Assembly: GCA_002269645.1 (NCBI GenBank)
Contig: NIVC01000542.1
Coordinates: 124,001-188,000 of the forward strand
Length of the DNA: 64,000 nucleotides
From: Macrostomum lignano
Taxonomy: Eukaryota
Reading direction: 5' to 3'
The notes under the pieces were generated by a model, which did no database searches, was not told the origin of the DNA, and worked only from the letters and a program-made list of their open reading frames with translations. Numbering within the stretch: the first letter of the stretch is position 1; each line of letters starts with the position of its first letter. Shown in pieces: positions 36,501-64,000 of this stretch. Both the position numbers and the translations under genes were made by a program.

Positions 36501-37269
36501 AATGAGATGCAATGAACTTAGAATGAGATGCAATGAACTGAGAATGAGATGCAATGAACTGAGAATGAGATGCAATGAGTTCAGAATGAGATGCAATGAG
36601 CTGAGAATGAGATGCAATGAGTTCAGAATGAGATGCAATGAGCTGAGAATGAGATGCAATGAGCTGAGAATGAGATGCAATGAGTTCAGAATGAGATGCA
36701 ATGAGTTGAGAATGAGATGCAATGAACTGAGAATGAGATGCAATGAGCTGAGAATGAGATGCAATGAACTGAGAATGAGATGCAATGAGTTCAGAATGAG
36801 ATGCAATGAACTGAGAATGAGATGCAATGAGCTGAGAATGAGATGCAATGAACTTAGAATGAGATGCAATGAACTGAGAATGAGATGCAATGAGCTGAGA
36901 ATGAGATGCAATGAACTGAGAATGAGATGCAATGAGCTGAGTTGCGCAATGACTCAATGCAGGGCTAACCTGCTCCTCAGCTATTGTGACAGTTTTAATC
37001 GCGGCCAACTGTTGCCGCGTGGCCGGAGGCGGAGCGCCGCCGTTGCTGTCCACCTGTCCGAGCAGATGGGTCATGACCTGGTCCAGAGCGCCGGTCTCCA
37101 GGAAGTTCATCATGCGGTGCATGCCGAAGCTGAACAGCGGTACAGACTGGTGCTGCTGAGGCCCCTCCTGGTGATGCAGATGGTGCAGCAGGTGGCGCAG
37201 ATGCTGCGCTGTGGCACTGGCGGGTGCCGAGGGGAGTAGCAGGTCCTGCCGGCTGGTGAGGGGGGGCAT
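33554..37269 (-). CDS. RNF126: RNF126/RNF115-like RING-H2 E3 ubiquitin ligase (~239 aa visible)
   Basis: Exons 36970-37269 (acceptor at 37285, ATG 37269), 34349-34468 and 33554-33853, all phase 0. RING-H2 CFVC..C.H.FH..C..PWL...TCPVCR, preceded by LDQVMTHLLGQVDSNGGAPPPA...LAAIKTVTI.EEQV, typical of RNF126/115. The true start may lie in upstream exons. Confidence 0.85.
33963..34290. repeat. Intronic minisatellite, 32 bp unit ACTGGGTGAGGCACTGGAGTCCCGCTGACAGC
   Basis: About 10 copies in intron 33854-34348. Confidence 0.92.
34602..36940. repeat. Intronic minisatellite, 21 bp unit TGAGAATGAGATGCAATGAGC, ~110 copies
   Basis: Fills intron 34469-36969. Confidence 0.97.
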
Positions 37270-38449
37270 TGACTTTGTATAACACTGAAAAAGCAAATTT
37301 GCAGCAAACAGCGCTTCTCTGGCAAGCAAGCTCTACTTACTTTGAGTCGTTAATCTCTTCAAGGAAGTCCATGCCACATTGACTGCAGGTGATAGTCTAA
37401 AAACATTTAGAAGAGCAAGCCTACTTTAGTCAAGTTGCCATTTGCTCTTATTTGATTGCTTTGATCAATTTGATTAGTTTATTTGATTGCTTTGATCAAT
37501 TTGATAAATTTGATTAGTTTATTTGATTGCTAGACTGCCTAGATATAGCAGGCCTAAACAATGATTTACATACAGGTGACAAATTCTAAGAGAATAAGAG
37601 CATATAGGGGCATAACCTAGATAGTTTGACTCATACATATGCAACCTTGGGAAGCACCTGGCCATTTCTATTGGCAACACACACATGTAAGTCGCTATTG
37701 GCTAAGAGCAATTGCATGATTACTATTCTATCCAATAGCGACTTATGGCTTCTTCTTAATCTATATTTCTGACACTATAAACCTTAAAGAAGAAAAGGAA
37801 ATTTTAGTAGCTAAATAATATATATATATGAAAGAAAAGTTTAAGTAGCATTATAAAAAAATTACTCTACATGTAAAAATATTAACATTAAATTGAAAAT
37901 ATATATTAGCACTATTTTGTCTTTATAATTTTAGGCCTACACCTACATTTTTTTGTAAAAATTGTAAAAATATAAAAAATTATATTTTATTAGCTTTTTA
38001 TATTAATATATCAATATTTTGCTTATTATATAGGCTAATAAATAAGTGTTTAACTAAGTAGGAAATTAGAAGATTGCCTGTCTATGCCTATAGGTTGATA
38101 TAGGCCTTTATCTATTTAGTCAAGTTTATTTTATTTAATAGTATAGTTATAAAATGAACTTTAATAAAGCATAATATAAAAAGGCCAAAAAATCACAATA
38201 TAGGCTTAATAAGCCTGCCCTAGGCTAAATATGGCATTAAGCACTAGTGTTCCACCATAGCCAAAGCTATGGCTATAGGATCCTATGACAAATATGGCAA
38301 AATAGGTGCCTATAGCAGCTACAGATAGGCCTATGATAGCTAGCTGCTCTTATGGTTACGACTATAGAAATATGGTAGTTACTATCATATTCCATAGATT
38401 CCCATAGCCATAGTTATTAATTTAAAAAAAAAGTGAAAAAATATTAGAA

Positions 38450-38955
38450 GGAAGTGCTTATTCCCATGGTCCCGTGCCAATAATTCAAATTTTATCCACA
38501 CGGATCTGTGTTGATAATTTCTAGCTTATCTTTATGGCAGCTTATTTGGAATAAAGAACATTAAAATGAATCTGTTTAAAAATTGCTTTCACTGTTTTAA
38601 AAATCTTCCAAAAAAACTATATGTATTGAATACTGAATAATATTGAGTTTGTTAAAATTGTTTCATCATTAAAAGGGCTAATTTTAAATATTTGCTTAGC
38701 TGCCAGCTGTGCTTAGAATGACCAAATGACCCAAATATTGAGGCAAATGAGACTTGCAAAATTCAAAATTCAAAATATAATAATAATGATAATATTACTA
38801 ATAATAATGACAATATTGATTTAACGTCAATACACAAAACTAAACACAAGCAACTGCACAATCTTAGCCGTGGGGATAAGCTAAAAATTATTGACACGGA
38901 TTTGTGTGGATAAAATTAGAATTATCGGCATGGGACCATGGGGATAAGCACTTCC
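38450..38955. mobile_element. MITE-like element, ~506 bp, 81 bp terminal inverted repeats
   Basis: 38450-38530 versus the reverse complement of 38875-38955 shows 10 mismatches in 81 bp by manual alignment (GGAAGTGCTTATYCCCATGGTCCC...TAGCTTATC). AT-rich non-coding interior; no evident TSD. Confidence 0.72.
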
Positions 38956-41900
38956 ATATTATTAGAAACAGGTAGAATAAAACAAAGATATTTTAGTAAA
39001 CTGTATTATCAACTTAGAAACTTATATAATATACCTCATAAAGTACAATAAAACACTAGCAAATTTGAATTTTTATTAATGTGAAAAAGTTCAGAATTAG
39101 TACTTTCAGTAGTGATTAAGTATTGTTGCTCAATAAAAAGATGAAATATAATCTTACAAAGACAATTAAGTGTGTCTTTTATTTTCTAACTTAATTTGCA
39201 GTTGTTTAAGCACTAGGTTATCTTCGTGACCAGGTCCAGGATGGAATTTTTGTGCAAAATCCTAGATGCATTCCATGCATGCTAAAAAAAACTTGTGCAC
39301 TTGTGCATACATTTCTAGCAAACTTGCACAACTTTAAAAAGCTTACGTGCGCACAGCTTAATATTCTAAGAAATCTTGTATAATTTAATTTAAATTTTGA
39401 ATATTGCACTTGTTACAGTAAAATAAAGTTATTGCAAATTAAAAAACAAAGCTACTGGGAACTACAATAAACTAAAAAGAATAATATTTTTAAAGGATTT
39501 ATTTAAACTTTAATTAAACATTGTAAAAATATTGCTAAGAAATTCAAGTGGCAAAAAAATTGTGCATTCATAGGTAAAAAACTTTTTGTTCCAAACTTGT
39601 CATATAAAGATTCCATCCTAGCAAGTTCTTGATTCAAAATATAAATTGTTTTCTAGACTTTTTGTTAAAACTATGGCTATGGCTATAGGAACTATGGGAA
39701 TGGGAATATGGTAATATTAGGGTCCCTATGGCTACAGAATATAGAGAATTGGAATAAGCCATAGTTTTGCTTATGGCTACAGCTATGGTACATGGACCCT
39801 CCCTATTAAGCACTATGAAGGTTAAAACTAAAAACTAAAGATAAAGTAGGATAAGCAAGTCTTACCGAATTGTCAATGTCATTTGATACTTCAGAGCTAG
39901 CACGTTCAGTATTGCATTGGTGACAAAAATAGGAAGGCATTTCCTTTTTTCTCCTTTTGCTCTAAAATTCACTTGTCACTAATGTCAATGATAGGGCCTA
40001 GGCTACCAAGGGCAAACAAAAGTCCTGTCTTGTGTTTGATTTATGAGTATGATGCAAAACAATGCCAATGGTTATGGTGGAGCAACTTAAATAGAAAAGC
40101 CTAGCTTACAGGTGTAGCTTTTAAGTATAAGTATATCAAGCCTTGACTGGACCCTAAATTAGGTCAACTTAATTTTGTTAATTGTGCTAAATATATTGCT
40201 TTGCCTTTGCCAGGTTAGACCGTCACCTGTCTTGAAATTCCAGTTTCAAGCCTAACTAAATGTCAAATGATAACTTTTTGAAAAATCGGGCCTCTATGCC
40301 CTAAATGAAACTTGAACTTGGAACTTAAACACAGACTACAGTGTCTGTAAAACACTACTTAAACACTACAGTGGCTGTTTTGCACTTAAATGTACTGTTG
40401 ACCTTATTGGATTCAGGAGCTGAAGCTGAACGATCCTATTTTAATTACTTCGTTTTCCCGCAGGCGAAACACCCTGTTTCTAAGAAATACGCTAACCGAC
40501 ACTAGGGCCTGGAAATTCGGCAGTATGAAAAATATTACTTATGGAGTTTCACAAAAATATTTTGGTGTTTTATTGTGCTGAACGTTAAAATCACTGGAAA
40601 CTGCAATAAATTTCGCCAATAGTAACTATTTTTTGTTATAACTTTCAGAAAAAAGATAAAATCACAGAAATCACTATATACTTACCTTTTTTGACCACCA
40701 CAATTGCTACTGTAGAAAAAAATAATTACAATACCTCCAGAGCCAGCTGATTTTACACTTTTCGTTGACCTCGCTTTACAACACAACTGAAATACAAGTA
40801 TATTGAATTACAGTTTTCATGAAAGATATACTATGCGTATATTATAGGTACACAATTTAGTAGCGTACTAAGGGGTGGGAGGACCACCCCATGGTAAAAG
40901 CTGTGGGGCATGCCAATGCTTTGATCCCTGCTCCTTAATTCAATAATTTTGATTGAAAGTGCCAAAATGAGTGCCTGTACTGCTGAGAGTCAAAAATTAT
41001 AAGAGTGCCGGTGGCGCAAAAAGTAACAACACTGCTGATTCCCAAAATAATAAACGAATTCTTCGTTTAGAATTCTTGGTTTTCCATAATTTTCCAGGAT
41101 TTCTCTAACGGGTCGCAAGGTGGGTCGGGACATGTCCCCAAGCCCGTACAGCAAATTACGTACATAGCATATTTGGATACGTAAATGTGATTCTATGGGA
41201 AGTCCTCCCAGTGACCACGCACCTGCACGTACAGCTATCTATCTAGTAGTACACATGTCCATGCACTTAATGTTTCGTCGACTGCTTGTGCTGGCTGACT
41301 CTGAATACATAATATTTATGCATGTACACATAAAATTGTTTGCGGCATTTGCCGCTCTTGATGCTAAATTTGAAGAAAATACGCCCGACTTGCGCACAGT
41401 CAAGATGGCAATTAAATCCGGTTAGAGAATTTTTGTCAGAGAATTAAAACATGAATCAGCACTATTAGCCAGCAATTAAAGAGCTGAGGGGCAATCGAAA
41501 AGTCTATCTGCCCAACCAAGTATGCTAAAATAACGACTAAAAAGTGCGGGAAGCTACTCCAGCCCTCCGCTACTCTGACTCATGCATGTTGCTTCTACAC
41601 GACATTCGAGAAATAAAAAAGCGTGGTTTAAAAAAGACGCACTTGCTGGACGGGGCTGTCCAATCAGAATGCGCACCCCTACAGCAGCTGCTGGTCCCGC
41701 TGTATGCGCGCTACCACACAGATGCAATAAGATGAGAACCAATTTTGCTACCCGAAACATATCATAGTCTAATCCATCACTCCCCATCAGGTGTTATCGG
41801 CTAAACCGAGCACTTGTCACCAGGATTCTCAGGTTGTTCTCCCCGTCTCCATGCCAATATCCCGAGCTCTCCCAGCCAGCCGAAAATCAAGCCTGGGATC

Positions 41901-42509
41901 TCTCCGTCTCTGCGTTGGCGCTGAACAAATTTGTGCGCGGCTCCGACTGGCGCGTCTTCCTTTCTTTCCTTCTTTCTTTCGCCAGTATAGAGACGAACGG
42001 CGTAGCGGAGTGGAAGAGAATAGCAGAGGCAGACGGCCTTTGCGAGTGCGCAGCTCGTAGTCCCCGTTCCAGGCGTAGACTTTGCTCAGGGACAGAGAAG
42101 TGCGCCCTCTCCGGCTCTACGCGGCTCTCTTTCGCGCCAACTCTTATTTCTATTCTGCGTAGATCAAAAACTAAAAGCAACAGACTGTCTCTACCTACCT
42201 GTTCCGCTCCGTTGTCTTTTAGCATATCGAGTAGCTTATCTGCAGCGGCAGATCAGTCAGTGAAGCAGACAGCAGAGAGCGTGAATCCCGGATCTTCCAG
42301 CGGCTACCGTAAGTCCCCATTCAGCCAACTGCAACTCGAACCGAGCAGAGTCAAACACATCAAACACAATTAGCAGCAGGCGGGAGCCAATGCGGCCCGG
42401 CAGCGAACACCGCGCGCACGTGGCCCCGGCAGAGGCAGCGACACCTGCGCAGCTGCGCGGCACTTCGTGAACGAAGCTCTGCAGCACCAGCCTGCGTGAG
42501 CTAGGCATC

Positions 42510-60781
<18,272 letters not shown>

Positions 60782-60874
60782 GTGAGTCAAATTTGGTTGC
60801 TAATGGCAACAGCATGAGCAAACAGGAACTTTTCCCAGCGCCTGTTAAAGCTAAGACTGGATTTTTCTTCAATT

Positions 60875-61045
60875 GACCCAGTTTCGGCACCCTTAGCGCC
60901 AAATTGGCGCCTGTTCTGACCCAGTTTCGGCGCCCTTAGCGCCAAATTGGCGCGCCTGTTCTGACCCAGTTTCGGCGCCCTTAGCGCCAAATTGGCGCGC
61001 CTGTTCTGACCCAGTTTCGGCGCCCTTAGCGCCAAATTGGCGTCT
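60875..61045. repeat. Short tandem repeat, 45 bp unit with internal near-palindrome GCGCCAAATTGGCGC
   Basis: About 3.7 copies. Confidence 0.88.
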
Positions 61046-61829
61046 CTAAAGTAAATGCTGTCACCCTGGCAGAATTTTAATCTTCTTTTGAAGTCTCTTA
61101 AAAAAACAATTCAAGTCTTTTTGAGGGCCTGAAGAGCCCACAGTGAGAGCAAAGCAATAAAAATTGTCTGCCAGACTCAGTCCAACACAACTAATGTTAT
61201 GAATAACCAAACAGCTGCATTAATTGAGTGCGCAAAGGCGGTGCGCCAGCGGCCTCTGCACAGAGCAGCTCGCACTAACCTGCGGCTCTGTGCTGTGCGA
61301 ATTTCCTTGCCTCTCGTGCCAGAGACTGCCTGTACACTCCTGCTCGCACCCGGGTCGCACCTGGTCTCTCTCTGTCTCTCCTTTTCCTCTGCTCTCTATC
61401 CTGCAGAGCCAAGTTTTCGGACCTGGTAGGGGTTGGCCGGGGGGGGGGGGCAGGGAGTGAAAGCGGGCGATAGCGCAGGGCCAGAAACCCGAGCAGTCCC
61501 TGTGCGCTGCACGCTGCCTGCCCCAGCTGAGTGTTGAAAAGGCCTGCCGAGTGAAATCAACAGCTCGAGTGCGAGAGAGAGAGGAGCTGGCTCGAAACCT
61601 CTGCCGGTCATGCGACACCTCATTCTGTTACTTTAAAGCATTTGCTCAATCTTCGGAGGCTTCCGAGCTGCCATCTACAGAGCTGGAGAGGAGCAGGTGA
61701 TTTCAACCTGCTAATTCGGTTATTTAGATTTCTTGGAAAGTTCAGCAGTAATACAGAAGCTCTGCGAACTTATGAAAAAGTTCCAATTTTGAAAATTAGG
61801 GTTTGCCAAACTTTCCAGTTGGTTGCTGA

Positions 61830-62645
61830 ACTTTCTAATGGGGATTGGCGAACTTTCTAATGGGGTTGCTGAACTTTCTAATGGGGAATGGCGAACTTTC
61901 TAATGGGGTTGTTTAACTTTCTAATGGGGATTGGCGAACTTTCTAATGGGGATTGGCTAACTTTCTAATGGGGAATGGCGAACTTTCTAATGGGGTTGCT
62001 GAACTTTCTAATGGGGATTGGCGAACTTTCTAATGGGGTTGTTGAACTTTCTAATGGGGAATGGCGAACTTTCTAATGGGGATTAGCGAACTTTCTAATG
62101 GGGAATGGCGAACTTTCTAATGGGGATTAGCGAACTTTCTAATGGGGTTGTTGAACTTTCTAATGGGGAATGGCGAACTTTCTAATGGGGATTAGCGAAC
62201 TTTCTAATGGGGAATGGCGAACTTTCTAATGGGGATTAGCGAACTTTCTAATGGGGATTGGCGAACTTTCTAATGGGGTTGTTGAACTTTCTAATGGGGA
62301 TTAGCGAACTTTCTAATGGGGTTGTTGAACTTTCTAATGGGGATTGGCGAACTTTCTAATGGGGATTGGCGAACTTTCTAATGGGGTTGTTGAACTTTCT
62401 AATGGGGATTGGCGAACTTTCTAATGGGGATTGGCGAACTTTCTAATGGGGATTGGCGAACTTTCTAATGGGGTTGTTTAACTTTCTAATGGGGATGAAC
62501 TTTCTAATGGGGATTGACGAACTTTCTAATGGGGATTGGCGAACTTTCTAATGGGGTTGTTGAACTTTCTAATAGGGGTTGCTAAACTTTCTAATGGGGT
62601 TGCTAAACTTTCTAATGGGGTTGCTAAACTTTCTAATAGGGGTTG
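61830..62645. repeat. Minisatellite, 22 bp unit GAACTTTCTAATGGGGATTGGC
   Basis: Direct observation. Confidence 0.95.
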
Positions 62646-63514
62646 CCGAACAGTCAGATAACTTCTAAGTGAGCCACTTGACCCGCTGACTGAAGCTGCA
62701 GACAGACACAGCTCGGGCTCTGGGCGGATTTGGCAGGAAAAATGTGGCTGAGAAGCCGAGCTGTTCTTGCATTCGAGTCGCCCCCCCCCCCGCCACTTTA
62801 CCGGGCCTGTGTTGATGATGGCCTTGGCTGCACTTGAATGCCCAGCACTGCAAAAGCGGTGCGGGGCTCGCAAGTCAGGTGGCTTCTTGAACACGGGCGG
62901 GCAGTCATTGTGGACCATCAGCAGGATTTTGCCTGCGCATTTGCCAGTCCCAGCCCAATCACTACAAGCGGAATTCGGCTTGCTCTGCTCAGAGAGGCGC
63001 CTAGCAACTAAATAGGCTGACCAGACACACCTCGGAGCGGACTTGGCTGGCTTCCCTCTGCATTCCTGCCGCCTCCGCCCACGTTGCTGGGGGGGGGGCA
63101 ACAGTAGATTTATCCTCAGCTGCCCCCTTTCCCCTGGCCGCAGCGAGGCCGCAACTTTGGGGATTTCGACCCATATTTTGGCCTCGAAGCGTTTCTCCCT
63201 TCCACGGCCCGCTCGAATACCTGGGATTTTGCCTGCGCAGTTTACAGTTCCCGAATCCCCCGCTGGGAGGCGAAGGGGCGGCCGGTGATTCATGGCCGAT
63301 TGGGACAGTCAAGGCGACCGGCCCTGCCGTCCGTTCCCGTTGTTTAAAAGTGCAGCAGGGATTCTGTGCTACCAATATATTTTAAACTTCCCCGCCCAGC
63401 ACAATAAAGGCTTTGCTTTTTACATTTACATTTTTTACAGAGCTGAGAATGGGTGGCTGTGGTTAGCTTAAACACCCGTAAATACCCATTGATTTTGACA
63501 ATAGGTAGCCAGCC

Positions 63515-64000
63515 TTCCAGACACTCAGTTGCTGGGCCAGCCTCCCAGATCCTCAGTTGCTGGGCCATCGCCAGCCACTCAGACCTTCAGTTGCTGGGCC
63601 AGCCTCCCAGAACCTCAGTTGCTGGGCCAGCCTCCCAGACACTCAGTTGCTGGGCCAGCCTCCCAGACACTCAGTTGCTGGGCCAGCCTCCCAGACACTC
63701 AGTTGCTGGGCCAGCCTCCCAGACACTCAGTTGCTGGGCCAGCCTCCCAGACACTCAGTTGCTGGGCCAGCCTCCCAGATCCTCAGTTGCTGGGCCAGCC
63801 TCCCAGACACTCAGTTGCTGGGCCAGCCTCCCAGATCCTCAGTTGCTGGGCCAGCCTCCCAGACACTCAGTTGCTGGGCCAGCCTCCCAGACACTCAGTT
63901 GCTGGGCCAGCCTCCCAGACACTCAGTTGCTGGGCCAGCCTCCCAGACACTCAGTTGCTGGGCCAGCCTCCCAGACACTCAGTTGCTGGGCCAGCCTCCC
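63515..64000. repeat. Minisatellite, 28 bp unit GACACTCAGTTGCTGGGCCAGCCTCCCA (runs off the window end)
   Basis: Direct observation; related, in inverted orientation, to the 295-1375 array. Confidence 0.95.

Noticed and set aside
34528-37329. 933-aa ORF joining the RING gene's exon to (IASHSQL)n
   Set aside because: The GTTAG donor at 36969 and phase-0 acceptor at 34469 give a proper RING-H2 protein; the repeat part is intron.
41790-42500. ORFs upstream of the RhoGEF ATG (41791-42060, 41834-42373, 41887-42225)
   Set aside because: No domain similarity, and an in-frame stop precedes ATG 42510; more likely 5'UTR or promoter sequence.
61580-61610. GGTTTCGAGCC B-box-like motif on the minus strand (tRNA/SINE)
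   Set aside because: No A-box or cloverleaf; a single short motif is insufficient.

Overview
Eukaryotic (metazoan) genomic DNA. GC-rich exons, 60-110 nt introns and introns swollen by private minisatellites suggest a free-living flatworm such as Macrostomum (inference). Six genes lie on the minus strand between ~4.7 and ~37.3 kb: an ELAV/Hu-like RRM protein, an uncharacterised 6-exon protein, a Tctex1-type dynein light chain, a small single-pass membrane protein, a HELZ2-like RNB-exoribonuclease/UPF1-type helicase and an RNF126/RNF115-like RING-H2 ligase. The 5' part of an AKAP13/ARHGEF28-like RhoGEF follows divergently on the plus strand (42.5 kb to beyond the window end). About 32 tandem arrays cover roughly 23 kb (~36%, hand estimate). 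Most long ORFs in the supplied track are repeat read-throughs. Highlights: minisatellite units that are copies of the host exon end plus splice donor, or of a whole microexon; a minimal hammerhead ribozyme motif beside a (GATA)n array; an operon-like DYNLT1/downstream-gene arrangement with a splice acceptor abutting the ATG; an ELAV paralogue whose RRM3 is split by a 113-aa insertion; a HELZ2-like gene with no visible N-terminal helicase; two MITE-like foldback elements. All exon models were derived by eye from GT/AG signals and phase compatibility.
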